Positions 1 to 9,648 of a DNA stretch of 33,329 nt are shown one piece after another. The position numbers and the translations under genes were made by a program. Source of the DNA: a virus (taxonomy: Duplodnaviria > Caudoviricetes); the IMG/VR virus record IMGVR_UViG_3300012031_000043, positions 1-33,329 of that record, one strand, 5' to 3'. The notes beneath the pieces are model-generated. The model ran no database searches. It had not been told where the DNA came from and saw only the letters and a list, made by a program, of their open reading frames with translations. Each line of letters starts with the position of its first letter. Within the stretch, counting starts at the first letter, position 1.

Positions 1-1074
1 ATTTTCGAGTTTACATCTGATGCGGACTTAGGCGTGAACCCTAACGACAGAGTGGCCGACTTAGAACTTAAGAGCCTTTGGACGCAGCGGCGCTACGTTA
101 TTAAAAATATACTGCCAAACTTCTACACGGGCGTTTTCCGCGTTGACGTGCAGGGCTTCTTAAAAAGTTTAATGCTAGATAATTTTGAATATCGCTTCGA
201 GAACCCTAACCAAGCATTCACTATTGAGGCTTTTAGTATAGGGGTTGACGTTCGCCCCGAGAATGCTACAGATACGAACGATGCGGCTTTTGTCTTCGAC
301 AGCGGTTATGTTTTTGATGAAAGCTTTATTTTTGCGAACACCGTGCCGAGCGATGTAAACGTTAACACGGGATATTTTCCACAGTTAGGAATTTCGCAGC
401 TCTCCGAGCAGGTGCAATCTCAAAAAGACCCTACAAAAATGACTATATTGGGCCCTACTTACTTGGAGTTCGCTGAGGGCTTCAACCAAACCGTTAGTGT
501 TTTCTCATCAGGGCTAGGCTCATCTGATAAGTTCTTAACCGTTAACGGAAGTAACAGCCCTATCGCAATAGGAGACGGCGTACAACTTGCGGCTATTACG
601 CAAGATCAACTTGACCAGATGTACCTGCCCGTGCTTATGACTACGTCTTTTAACAATCCACAGATACCCGTTTACGGCGTAAGCTATAAAGCGGCTGAGT
701 GTGAAGACACTCTGCAATTTAGATTTTATACGTCCTATGCTGGCTACTGCTACTTTTACACCCCTAAAGAGGCGTTGACCGCGGGGCGCAATAATTCCGA
801 TGCAATAAATAACGCCTTCTACAACCAGCAGGACGGTCGCAGTTCAGAGGTGCAGCGTTCGGTGGACTACGCCGAGGGCTTAGCGCTCTCAGGAACTAAG
901 CCGCTAGAATTGCAGGAACTGTTTAGAGAGATGCTACGCTCTCCAAAAATAGAATTGCTACTGCCTCGAGGCTTTACTGAGTGTAAAGTTACGGGACAGT
1001 TGAACGTAAGAAAATTAGACTTTGAATACACGCTAAACGTGAATATTGCTAACGTAGATCAAATGGGCTTGTAA
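1..1074 (+). CDS. Virion tail/baseplate-region protein, 5' truncated by window edge
   Basis: Frame is open from base 1 (IFEFTSDADLGVNPNDRV...), so GTG34 is probably internal. Coupled (TAATG) to the next tail gene, upstream of the tape measure gene. Confidence 0.55.
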   Translation: MFEFTSDADLGVNPNDRVADLELKSLWTQRRYVIKNILPNFYTGVFRVDVQGFLKSLMLDNFEYRFENPNQAFTIEAFSIGVDVRPENATDTNDAAFVFDSGYVFDESFIFANTVPSDVNVNTGYFPQLGISQLSEQVQSQKDPTKMTILGPTYLEFAEGFNQTVSVFSSGLGSSDKFLTVNGSNSPIAIGDGVQLAAITQDQLDQMYLPVLMTTSFNNPQIPVYGVSYKAAECEDTLQFRFYTSYAGYCYFYTPKEALTAGRNNSDAINNAFYNQQDGRSSEVQRSVDYAEGLALSGTKPLELQELFREMLRSPKIELLLPRGFTECKVTGQLNVRKLDFEYTLNVNIANVDQMGL

Positions 1075-3398
1075 TGATAGAACTATTTAGAAAAGGATTT
1101 AGGCTGAACGTCGCTAGCACTCAAATCGTAACATTCAAAAAAGCGATTAACTTAAACGGGATACAGGGAAGCTACAGCTACTCTAACACGTTCCCTATTG
1201 AACTCACAGCAAACAACAGGAAACTGTTAGACCTGCCGAGCTTGCCAAGCGGGAAGCTTAACACGCTGCGTAATGGGTACCAATTTGACATAGTTTTAAA
1301 CGGATCAATCCAATTAAAAAACCAGACCGTAAAAGTTACCAAAGAAAGCAAAACAAAGGCAGATATTTACGTGCTGTACTCGGACAGCTCAATAGTTTTT
1401 AAGTTAAAAAACTTACTAATTAACACGGTTGTAGCTGACAGGCTTTACCGCAAGACTTACTCGGAATTTAGCGGCCGGTCAACAGCTATATCCGTGCAAA
1501 ACAACCCTAACTACGCCGTGGCCTACGTGGAGACGCAGTCCCCGGCAGGGCAGTATGTAATTGAGGAGATGCCCGAGCTTGTACGTTTGCAGTTCTTAAT
1601 ATCTAAAATGCTTGCGGACGCGGGCTACACGCTATACGGCGACTTTGTGGAGGTCGGCAGCCCGATTGAGAAGTACTATATCTCTCCTAATGCGGGGCTT
1701 TACCAAATCAACGTAGGCGGGGCAACAGTTCCAGGCTTTGCGCCTAACTTTGAAAAGAGTTTGAACGCGTTTGACTTGCTTAATCAGACCTTAGCATATT
1801 TCAACTGCTACGCGTCAATAGATGACACGCTCAAAACTGTAATTATAAACCGCTGGACTAACCTAGGGCGGTATAAAACCAACTTTAAGGACTACTCAAA
1901 ATATTTTGTAGACTATCAAGACTTCACATTCCAAAGCAGGCTAGCTAAAACTAACGAGCTGACCTACGCCGAAAGCGAAAATACCTTTAATTCGTTTTTC
2001 ACGAACCCGCTAAGCAGCGAAACCAGTGCCACATACTTAGCTAGTAAGTTCGGCTCTGGTGGCGCGCAGCTATTTGACGACAGCGACATACTAGAGGACG
2101 GCACGATTGCGCTAAGGGAGGCGAACGAGGTAGGGGAGACCTCCGCTATTCGCATTTACAAGCTCGGAACGTTTGGACTAGTGAACTCCGTAATATTTGA
2201 GAAAGGAATAAGCCGTAACCCCGTTTTTGCGTTCAAGGCGCAAAGCGTACCTATGCGAGTTGTCTATGATGAATTTCATAAAGCGTACACAGATTTCATT
2301 TTAACCCCGTTAATTCAAAATTTAGAGTTTAAGTACGATGCTATCCTAGCGGCTGAATTTGATTTAACCCAAGTGTTTTACATAGAGCAGCAAGCCGCGT
2401 ATTGGATTCCGCTAGAGGTTAGCTTTTCCACAAAAAAGGATAAAATAAATATTAGAGCGATGCTAATTAAAGGGCGAAAAGTTTTAAGCCCGACTTTAAA
2501 TAACTTCAACTCCGTGCTGCTGGACTTTAAAGAAAAGGTAATTTTTAGCAAGGCTTTCCTGCTATCTATGTACCCTTTTCCTTCACCGAACGAGTACCCT
2601 TGGGAAGTTGTAATTTTCAAGAGCTACAACCAAAGCCGCAACCGTTTAATAATTAACGACGTTCTAGTGCCTGCTGCTGCACTGCCTCAAGCGTTCAGCA
2701 TAGCTGCTCTGCTAGAAAGCTCAATAGCGATACTAGCAAACGCCGACAGCGACGTTTTCCCTGATACTTTGACCGATTCGCTTATAATTCAAGCGAGCGA
2801 CACTAACGGGGGGCTATCAAACGAGGCCTACATCACACTTAAACACACGGGAGTAGCAAAACTAGAAAGTAACTTTTTACAGGTTACGGATTTTGAATTT
2901 ATTAAAAACGGGCTCTTACCAAGTACGCTCCAAACTATGCCGTTCAACTATGTTGTAGGGCCGCGGCCTAACTTAAACGCTACGATTACAAGCGCGGCTC
3001 CCGTGGAGTTCGCAAGCAACGGGGCGGCACCGTCTAGTTTTAACCTTATAGACGCTACCCAGCTCTACAATTCAATAAGGCTAGATATTACGGCTTTCAA
3101 TTTAAAAATAGAGCAGGCTATAAGCACCCAACAGACGCCACGTACAGACTACAAGCTTTTGCTTTTAGTAAATAATTCACTAACCACTTTAGCAAGTGGA
3201 ACGGTCAACGGTCAAGGGCTTGGGACAATAGCAATACCCGCTATATTTAGATTTTTAAATAACCTTCAACCGAACACGAAAATTAAAGTATTTTTCAGAT
3301 TCGACTTCACGCTCGCGGGTATCACTGGCACGCGAACGTCAAAAATAAATTTCGAAGATATAGCTGTAAAATTCACAACAACGATAACAACCCCGTAA
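1074..3398 (+). CDS. Minor tail (tail tip/hub-like) protein, 774 aa
   Basis: N-terminal 'GSYSYSNTFPIELTANNRKLL' resembles Bacteroidota phage tail-tip proteins. Large, beta-rich, adjacent to the tape measure gene. Confidence 0.6.
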   Translation: MIELFRKGFRLNVASTQIVTFKKAINLNGIQGSYSYSNTFPIELTANNRKLLDLPSLPSGKLNTLRNGYQFDIVLNGSIQLKNQTVKVTKESKTKADIYVLYSDSSIVFKLKNLLINTVVADRLYRKTYSEFSGRSTAISVQNNPNYAVAYVETQSPAGQYVIEEMPELVRLQFLISKMLADAGYTLYGDFVEVGSPIEKYYISPNAGLYQINVGGATVPGFAPNFEKSLNAFDLLNQTLAYFNCYASIDDTLKTVIINRWTNLGRYKTNFKDYSKYFVDYQDFTFQSRLAKTNELTYAESENTFNSFFTNPLSSETSATYLASKFGSGGAQLFDDSDILEDGTIALREANEVGETSAIRIYKLGTFGLVNSVIFEKGISRNPVFAFKAQSVPMRVVYDEFHKAYTDFILTPLIQNLEFKYDAILAAEFDLTQVFYIEQQAAYWIPLEVSFSTKKDKINIRAMLIKGRKVLSPTLNNFNSVLLDFKEKVIFSKAFLLSMYPFPSPNEYPWEVVIFKSYNQSRNRLIINDVLVPAAALPQAFSIAALLESSIAILANADSDVFPDTLTDSLIIQASDTNGGLSNEAYITLKHTGVAKLESNFLQVTDFEFIKNGLLPSTLQTMPFNYVVGPRPNLNATITSAAPVEFASNGAAPSSFNLIDATQLYNSIRLDITAFNLKIEQAISTQQTPRTDYKLLLLVNNSLTTLASGTVNGQGLGTIAIPAIFRFLNNLQPNTKIKVFFRFDFTLAGITGTRTSKINFEDIAVKFTTTITTP

Positions 3399-3399
3399 C

Positions 3400-6234
3400 A
3401 TGGCTGAAGAGATAGTAATAGGAAAATTAATAATTGATAACTCCGACCTTGACCGAGCGCTGCTGGATTCAAAGAAAGCGGTTATTGATTTGGAAAACGA
3501 GCAAAAGAAGCTAAAAAAGGAAACCGATAACCTCTCGGGGGCAAACGAGGAGCAGCTTAAGACCTTCGTAGCAAACGAGGGCCAACTTAAAAAGGCCCGC
3601 GCGGAATATTCAGCTAATCAAAAAACAGTACTCGAGCTAACCAAGGCGCAAACGGGACTGGATGCGTCTTTAGTTCAAAATATCAAAACGCAAGAGCAAG
3701 CAGCAACGAATACAAAGGAGTTAATCGCAGCGCGTCGACTAATCGACACGACCACGGTTGAGGGCGCAAAAGCGATAACCGACATTAACGCTAAAATTGA
3801 TTCTAATAATAAGCTAATAAAGGACAGCAGCTCGGCCCTGGAGCAGCAGAAAAGCAACGTAGGTAACTACCCGCAGCTCTTAGGCGCGGTGAGTTCATCT
3901 TTTAGCGGTGCGACTACTCAAATAGTGGGATTTGCGCAGCAGGGCAAGGCCGTAATTGGTGAGTTGACGAGCACTATTAGTAATTTCAGAGTAGCTCAGG
4001 AAGCAAGTAAAGCGGCATCCCAAACCTTAGCGACTGCACAAGCCGCGCAGAACGTAGCAACACAAGCCGCGACAGTAGCGGAAACACAGAGAGCCGCTGT
4101 AGGGTTCCAATATGCTGCTGGTAAAGCTACGCAAACCGAGGTAGAGGCGGCCAACACAGCAGCAACCGCGGCGAATGCAGCGGCAACAGCGGCGCAAGCT
4201 ACAACGCAGACCGCGGCAACAGCGGCAACCGTAACCTCGACAGTAGCAACCAAGGCGTTAAACATAGCACTTCTAGCTATTCCGCTGGTGGCTATCTTAG
4301 CGGTGCTCGTTCCCTTTATTAGTTTCTTATCTTCCACCCAAGAGGGACTAGATAAGATTACATCGGTAACACGTCCGCTTGTAGCAATATTCCAGTCCTT
4401 TATTGGAGTATTGCAAAACGCGGGTAAGTCCCTATTTGATACCTTTACCAATCCAAAACAGGCACTTGAGGACTTGACAGAATTTGTCAAGACGAATTTA
4501 ATAAATAGGTTTAAAGCGTTTGCAGTGATCCTTGACGGGATAGTAAATTTAGATTTCGCAAAAGTCGGAAACGGGATAGCTCAAGCCACAACGGGAGTTG
4601 AAAACTTAGGCGGTAAAATAGCGGGAGCCGCCAAGGAAACGGCTAAGTTTCTAGCGGACGCTGCCGCCCGAGGTACGCAAATTGACAAGCTAACCAAAAG
4701 TATTGAGGTGGCTGAAATTAATTTGAACAAGCAGACCCAGGAGAATATCACCAAACGTAAAGAGCTGGATAGGATCGTAAAGGACACCTCACAATCCATT
4801 GAGGCGCGAGTAAAAGCGAACGAGCAACAAAACGAATTAGCTAGAGAGCAGGCCAAGCTTGAAAGCGGCATACTCCAGCAAAAAATAAAGCGGTTAATAA
4901 TCGAGCAGCAGCTAAACGATACGAACCGAGCGGGAAACAAAGAACTTGCAGACTTGGAAGCGCAGCAGGCCAAAATAAACCAAGGCGTAATAGACGAGGA
5001 GCTCGCAGGTTCGCGCGTAGTAGCAACGGCTAATAAAGAGAAACGAGCGCAAGAGTTAACCGCTGCCAAGGCCGCCGTTGACTTTGCGAACAAGGAAGCC
5101 CGCAACAGGATTGACCTGATTAAAGCCGAGGCCGCAGCAAGCAACTTAACCGCCGACCAGCGGATTGCAAACGCTCAAAAGGTATTTGACCTTGAGAACG
5201 CTCTAGCTCTTAAGACTACAACGGGCAGCGACCGAACTAAGGCACAGCTCCAAATAAGACAAGAGCTATCTAGCCAAATTTTGTCCATTGCAGCCGAGCA
5301 AATAGATAAGGAATTGCAAGCGCAAAAGAAAGCGTTTGCAGAAAATAAAAAGCTGAACCAAGAGCAGCTAGACGCGCTAGTGTTAAGCGCGAACGATCTA
5401 GCAACGGCTCAAGTGCTGCTACTTGACAAGCGCTTGTTAAGCGAGCGCGCTTATGCCGAGGAGGTGCTAAAGATTAACGCGGGTAAAAACGAGAGTATAG
5501 CGATAGCGTCCGCCGCGTTTGACGAGGGAGAGAAAGTACGACTACAGGTTAAAGCGTCGAACGATAGAGCGCTGGAGGAGGTTGCCTTCCAAATTAGGTT
5601 ACAGGACATTGTAGACCGCGACGCTACAGAGCAAGAGATTAAAACCGAACTACTAGCGGCGAACTACGCTAGAGACCTAGAACTGTTAGACGCGGCCCTA
5701 GCTTCACAAACAATTAGCGAGGACGTTTTTAGGGCCAAAAAAGAACTAGCCGAAAAGAAATTCAACAGCGATAGTCTCAAAAATGATAGGATTTTAGCGG
5801 CGCAGAAGCGCGCTAATACAGCAGGAATGGTGCAGGACGGCATTGCAGCCCTTGAGAGCTTATTTGGCGAAAGCAAAGCCCTATCTATAGCCTCGGCACT
5901 CGTGAATACTTACTTAGGAATAACCGCTGCCCTTGCAGCACCTACGCTATCGCAGCGAATTATAGGGATCACACTTGCAACAGCTACAGGATTCGCAGCG
6001 GTTAAGAACATTTTAAAAACGAACCGTACAAGCAGCTCCATAGACAGCGGTTCAGCGGCTCCCGTAACTACATCAGGCTCTGGTTCGTTCGTGAACAATT
6101 CGCAGACCTCAACAATAGCAACGGTAAGCACTGCCCCCGTTGAGAGTAACACGATTGTAACGCCGCCCGTTCTAGTGCTGGAGAGCTTCTTAGAGGTGCA
6201 GAACCAAGTAGCTATTAAAGTGAAGAGCGAGTAA
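3400..6234 (+). CDS. Tail tape measure protein, 944 aa
   Basis: Long Ala/Lys/Glu/Gln-rich helical protein with 'NVGNY' motif, a hydrophobic segment (ALLAIPLVAILAVLVPFISFL), coiled coils and a hydrophobic C-terminal block (ALSIASALVNTYLGITAAL). Confidence 0.85.
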   Translation: MAEEIVIGKLIIDNSDLDRALLDSKKAVIDLENEQKKLKKETDNLSGANEEQLKTFVANEGQLKKARAEYSANQKTVLELTKAQTGLDASLVQNIKTQEQAATNTKELIAARRLIDTTTVEGAKAITDINAKIDSNNKLIKDSSSALEQQKSNVGNYPQLLGAVSSSFSGATTQIVGFAQQGKAVIGELTSTISNFRVAQEASKAASQTLATAQAAQNVATQAATVAETQRAAVGFQYAAGKATQTEVEAANTAATAANAAATAAQATTQTAATAATVTSTVATKALNIALLAIPLVAILAVLVPFISFLSSTQEGLDKITSVTRPLVAIFQSFIGVLQNAGKSLFDTFTNPKQALEDLTEFVKTNLINRFKAFAVILDGIVNLDFAKVGNGIAQATTGVENLGGKIAGAAKETAKFLADAAARGTQIDKLTKSIEVAEINLNKQTQENITKRKELDRIVKDTSQSIEARVKANEQQNELAREQAKLESGILQQKIKRLIIEQQLNDTNRAGNKELADLEAQQAKINQGVIDEELAGSRVVATANKEKRAQELTAAKAAVDFANKEARNRIDLIKAEAAASNLTADQRIANAQKVFDLENALALKTTTGSDRTKAQLQIRQELSSQILSIAAEQIDKELQAQKKAFAENKKLNQEQLDALVLSANDLATAQVLLLDKRLLSERAYAEEVLKINAGKNESIAIASAAFDEGEKVRLQVKASNDRALEEVAFQIRLQDIVDRDATEQEIKTELLAANYARDLELLDAALASQTISEDVFRAKKELAEKKFNSDSLKNDRILAAQKRANTAGMVQDGIAALESLFGESKALSIASALVNTYLGITAALAAPTLSQRIIGITLATATGFAAVKNILKTNRTSSSIDSGSAAPVTTSGSGSFVNNSQTSTIATVSTAPVESNTIVTPPVLVLESFLEVQNQVAIKVKSE

Positions 6235-6235
6235 A

Positions 6236-6475
6236 CTAAAGCAGTGCTGTAATTAAGTAATACCCCGTAACCGCCCCTAAGCCCGCGCCTAACGCGTAGA
6301 GTAGTTTGTCCTCGAACTCTGACAGGGCGACTTTTGATACGTTATAGCTCCAGAGTAGGCTAATTGTAAAACTCGCTAAAAAAATACCTAAAACGTAGCC
6401 TTTAGCAATTAGAACAGTGTTAACCGCGACTAGTCCAATTTGGACGTATGCAGTTATAAAAATTTTGTATTTCAT
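6236..6475 (-). CDS. Small integral membrane protein, 79 aa, about 3 TM segments
   Basis: Only credible reverse-strand gene. Fills the gap without overlap, has an A-rich start context and its own upstream minus-strand promoter. Confidence 0.75.
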   Translation of the reverse strand: MKYKIFITAYVQIGLVAVNTVLIAKGYVLGIFLASFTISLLWSYNVSKVALSEFEDKLLYALGAGLGAVTGYYLITALL

Positions 6476-6493
6476 ATTTTTGTTTTTAAAATT

Positions 6494-6521
6494 AAGCCCC
6501 TACTTTACGCAGGGGCTTTTT
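6494..6521. terminator. Intrinsic terminator, probably bidirectional
   Basis: AAGCCCCT-actttacgc-AGGGGCTT hairpin with a T run on the + strand and TTAATTTT on the - strand. Confidence 0.75.
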
Positions 6522-6685
6522 ATCTTCGTCATTTCCGAAGCGTCAGTCTCGCCTTAATTTGGCCGTATGAAATTTTACACCCCGAAGCTTCGGCCAACGC
6601 ATAAAGACTAGCGACCTTACCGACAAGTAAAGATTCAAATGAAAGCTTGGGTATTACACTATTCTATTACTTATTAAAATTCTAT
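6495..6685 (-). ncRNA. Candidate structured sRNA or long 5' leader
   Basis: About 190 nt non-coding, downstream of a canonical promoter. Nested helices TTGGCCG/CGGCCAA and GTC-AGTCT/AGACT-GAC, plus hairpins CTTTAC/GTAAGG and CTTCG/CGAAG. Confidence 0.45.
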
Positions 6686-6689
6686 TTCA

Positions 6690-6721
6690 CAAAAATATAA
6701 AAGTTTTTTATCTTATGCAAA
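6690..6721 (-). promoter_or_regulatory. Bacteroidota housekeeping-sigma promoter (-33/-7)
   Basis: Minus strand TTTG (6721-6718), 20-nt spacer, TATTTTTG (6697-6690). Confidence 0.7.
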
Positions 6722-6767
6722 TATTATTTATCTATTGAAATAAAAAAGCTATAACTATTATATATTA

Positions 6768-6794
6768 TTGAAAAAGTTTATTTACATTTGCTTT
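6768..6794 (+). promoter_or_regulatory. -7 promoter element of the head operon, likely leaderless transcript
   Basis: TACATTTG at 6783-6790 followed by CTTT-ATG(6795). No well-spaced -33 element. Confidence 0.5.
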
Positions 6795-7034
6795 ATGATA
6801 GATTTTATCAATGCGTTAACGAGCAGCATAACTTCCAAACATACAGACGAATCTCTACGCCGCTCAACTATTTGCGCGGGCTGTCCAGAGAAAAGTGAAA
6901 AGTTTTATGCGAGCTTTGTTAACGCTGAAATAAAAGACGTCCAAGGCTACGTTTGCGACAGGTGCGCTTGTCCTATTGCCACTAAAGTATTTGCTAAAGA
7001 TAAAAGTAACATTTGCGAAAAATGGTTGAAATAA
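6795..7034 (+). CDS. Small Cys-rich putative Zn-binding protein
   Basis: RxxICxxCP...CxxCxCP...K...CxxW pattern. ATG6795 preferred because TTG6768 lies inside the promoter. Confidence 0.65.
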   Translation: MIDFINALTSSITSKHTDESLRRSTICAGCPEKSEKFYASFVNAEIKDVQGYVCDRCACPIATKVFAKDKSNICEKWLK

Positions 7035-7513
7035 ACATAGTAGGGGCGTTTGAGGCCGCAATGGAAAATAAATTTAACAAGGACATTCAAGGCTTAAACA
7101 GCGGCGATGTAGTTGTTTTTAATATCACTTCACACGGTGGAGAGGTTGAAACCCTTAAACGAATGGCAGCGAAGGTTTACGCTCTTAAGGAGCGCGGGGT
7201 GCAGGTGGTTACGTTCGTCCCCGATTACGCAGAGAGCGCGGGCTTTTTCTTTTTCCTTCTAGGCGACCACAGAGAAATGGCAGAGAATGCCTCAGTACAC
7301 TACCACAGCCCAAGAGTATTACTAGAGCAGGGCTTCACGGCGACCAAGAGCAGCCTTACGGGACTACTTACCGATATAACCGCTTACCAAGACTTTACAA
7401 GTAACCTATTCCGCTCGAGCTGCGACATAAGCGAGGATATTTTTGCGCTGCTAGAAAACAGCGAACTCCCGATGAATAGGTCGAATTTACTAACCTTAGG
7501 AATTATTAACTAA
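7022..7513 (+). CDS. ClpP-like (S14/S49) prohead maturation protease
   Basis: Motifs ITSHGGEV (cf. INSPGGxV), AESAG (catalytic Ser) and HYHSP (catalytic His). Upstream of the capsid gene; start taken at ATG7022. Confidence 0.8.
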   Translation: MVEINIVGAFEAAMENKFNKDIQGLNSGDVVVFNITSHGGEVETLKRMAAKVYALKERGVQVVTFVPDYAESAGFFFFLLGDHREMAENASVHYHSPRVLLEQGFTATKSSLTGLLTDITAYQDFTSNLFRSSCDISEDIFALLENSELPMNRSNLLTLGIIN

Positions 7514-7526
7514 ACATAATTTACCA

Positions 7527-7982
7527 ATGAAAATTAAAAATCCAATTTTGGCCAGTATGCTAGCCAAGTTAGGCGTCGAGGTGAAGGCCGAGCTAATCGT
7601 GGACGACACGAATGGTTTGTCAATTACTTTTCCCGATATTTCGGACGTCGTAGAAATTGCAGAAGGTGTGGCGGTGAACGCTCCAGACGGTACCTATACA
7701 GTAGCTGACGGCGAAAACACAATCACGATGACTGTATTAGGCGGTATTGTAACGGCTTACGAGCTTACTACTCCAGCGCCCGTAGAGGCGGCAGTAGAGG
7801 CAAACGCGGAAGTACTAGCAGTGCTTGATGCGGTTGTAGAGGCAAACGTTAAGGCTAACGGCTTAATTGTAGCACTACAGGTAGAAATGAAGGCACTTAA
7901 AGTTTCCTTGAAACACGAGGCCCCACAAGCTCCAGCGGCTGCTGCTGGTAAAACGAATCCACAATTTAAAATTCTAGGATAA
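7527..7982 (+). CDS. Putative head scaffolding protein
   Basis: Lies between protease and capsid genes. 'APDGTYTVADG...V.GG.V' motif, acidic/Ala-rich, C-terminal helix. Confidence 0.6.
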   Translation: MKIKNPILASMLAKLGVEVKAELIVDDTNGLSITFPDISDVVEIAEGVAVNAPDGTYTVADGENTITMTVLGGIVTAYELTTPAPVEAAVEANAEVLAVLDAVVEANVKANGLIVALQVEMKALKVSLKHEAPQAPAAAAGKTNPQFKILG

Positions 7983-9016
7983 TGGCTACATTGAATCAAG
8001 TATGCATCCCCGCGGGGAGAGTTATAGAGGGTGTTTTTGAGCTAAGCTCAATCGAGGAGGCGTTATCAATCTCATCTTTAAAGTACAACACTACTTTACA
8101 AGTAGATGCGGACAGCCTGTTTTTGTCTCCAGAAGCCATAGCGGACGCTGTAGCTATGGTAGGCTGTGAAATTACGGAATCGTGCGACCTTCCTGCTGTT
8201 TTGGAATCGAAGCAGTATAATTTTATGGCGAGTTGCAATCTATGTTTGAACGAGTTGACCTTGAACGAGCGAAAGGCGTTTGGAATTAACACGTCAAAAC
8301 CAGAACCAACTGCGGCACTATCAACACGTTACGAAACACGTTTCATAGCTAACATTTTGAACTCAACTCGGAAAATCAACTGGTTAGGATCGAAGGCTTA
8401 TGTAGCGGCTAACTTAGCCAACGCGGCCCTGTTACCGAACTACACTAAAGTGGACGGTATTTGGACTAAGATAGTAGCACTGGCTCCAGCAGCCCCTCGT
8501 TACACGATTGAAAAGAACGCAGAGTTAACCAAGGCTTTACAAACTACTTGGACGGGCGAAGAGGTTTTAGATGTGATTGAGGATATGAGACTATTGCAGT
8601 CCGCTACAATGTCAACGGTTGTAGATACTCTGAAATTCGTTCAAATTACGGCAGAAATGTACGACGCTTTAATTCGCTCTATGCGATTGAAAGATTTCGA
8701 CTTATGCTGCGTAGGTTCTTTAGCTTCACAGGTATCTGGAGGGGTTGAAATTCCTGTAATTTTGTACGGTGATTTGACAATCGTTAAATACACTGAATTG
8801 TCGGCTGCAATCCGTGACTTGGCCCTTGTAGGCAACGCGTGGAACTTGCCTAACCGAGTAGTGATGTCGTTAGGCTTGCCTATCGTGAACTACACACAAG
8901 CGGGATCCTTCGAGGAGGACTTTACAGCGGTGAACGGAAAATATCTAGCTTCTTACAGTCTAACGACTGCGATAGTTGACCCTTTCCCTGCGGATTTTTA
9001 CGTATTAGGCTACTAA
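7982..9016 (+). CDS. Major capsid protein, 344 aa
   Basis: Size and position after protease and scaffold. 'INWLG...YTKVDGIW' resembles the W.G...DG pattern of HK97-fold capsids. Confidence 0.75.
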   Translation: MATLNQVCIPAGRVIEGVFELSSIEEALSISSLKYNTTLQVDADSLFLSPEAIADAVAMVGCEITESCDLPAVLESKQYNFMASCNLCLNELTLNERKAFGINTSKPEPTAALSTRYETRFIANILNSTRKINWLGSKAYVAANLANAALLPNYTKVDGIWTKIVALAPAAPRYTIEKNAELTKALQTTWTGEEVLDVIEDMRLLQSATMSTVVDTLKFVQITAEMYDALIRSMRLKDFDLCCVGSLASQVSGGVEIPVILYGDLTIVKYTELSAAIRDLALVGNAWNLPNRVVMSLGLPIVNYTQAGSFEEDFTAVNGKYLASYSLTTAIVDPFPADFYVLGY

Positions 9017-9033
9017 TTTAAAACCGAAACACT

Positions 9034-9648
9034 ATGGCACTATGTTATAAGCCAGCGGACGTCTTGAAGGCGTGCGATTCGGCAGACTTAAACGCCCTCT
9101 CTGGGGGGCTTTTAATCAATTTAAAAGCGTTCAAGGCGGTAAAGGCTACTGGTAAGAAATTTACCTACGACGAGATCACTGTAGTTGATCCAACTACCAA
9201 CGCTTACCCTGTTGTAGGTAGCGACTTCTACCCCGTTCTAGTTGAGTGGGAGAAAAATGCGGTCAAGCCTAATTACGAAGTGGTATCTAGCGACGTTAAG
9301 AAGGACACCTACGTACAAGTAGCTAGCGGCTTAATCATTGCCAACAGCGAAAGCGATGCAGGAAAAGAGGCGGTTATGTCTTTGGCAACGGAAAAGTACG
9401 TTTTCGTTTACGCGCTCTCTGGAGTAGCTGACGAGGTAGATACTTACCAAGTGTTAGGCTCAAAAAACGGCTTACAGTTCGTCGTAGAGCCGACTAGCGA
9501 TGAGGTAGGCGGCCGCGTTACGGGAACATTGCGAAGCCTTAACGGTGGAGCAGAGGGCAACCCAAACGGGTACAACTTCTTACTTGACAGCGGACTAGCT
9601 GCGACTGACACGCTATTCAATAACCGTTTTAATACGGTGATTGTATAA
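9034..9648 (+). CDS. Putative major tail tube protein
   Basis: 204 aa, beta-rich, immediately after the capsid gene. N-terminal Cys pair and 'VLGSKNGL' motif as in Bacteroidota phage tube-like proteins. Confidence 0.5.
   Translation: MALCYKPADVLKACDSADLNALSGGLLINLKAFKAVKATGKKFTYDEITVVDPTTNAYPVVGSDFYPVLVEWEKNAVKPNYEVVSSDVKKDTYVQVASGLIIANSESDAGKEAVMSLATEKYVFVYALSGVADEVDTYQVLGSKNGLQFVVEPTSDEVGGRVTGTLRSLNGGAEGNPNGYNFLLDSGLAATDTLFNNRFNTVIV

Noticed and set aside
3675-6152. Long minus-strand ORFs inside the tape measure gene, and similar shadow ORFs elsewhere
   Set aside because: They are antisense shadows of Ala-rich + strand genes, with no start context or motifs.
6520-6560. Hammerhead ribozyme (CTGACG...GAAA on the minus strand)
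   Set aside because: The CUGANGA core is not matched and the required three-stem arrangement is absent.
6630-6660. Resemblance to a Bacteroidota CRISPR repeat or tracr anti-repeat (TGAAAGC, GGGTATTACAC)
   Set aside because: Matches are only 7-10 nt and recalled from memory; not supportable without an alignment.
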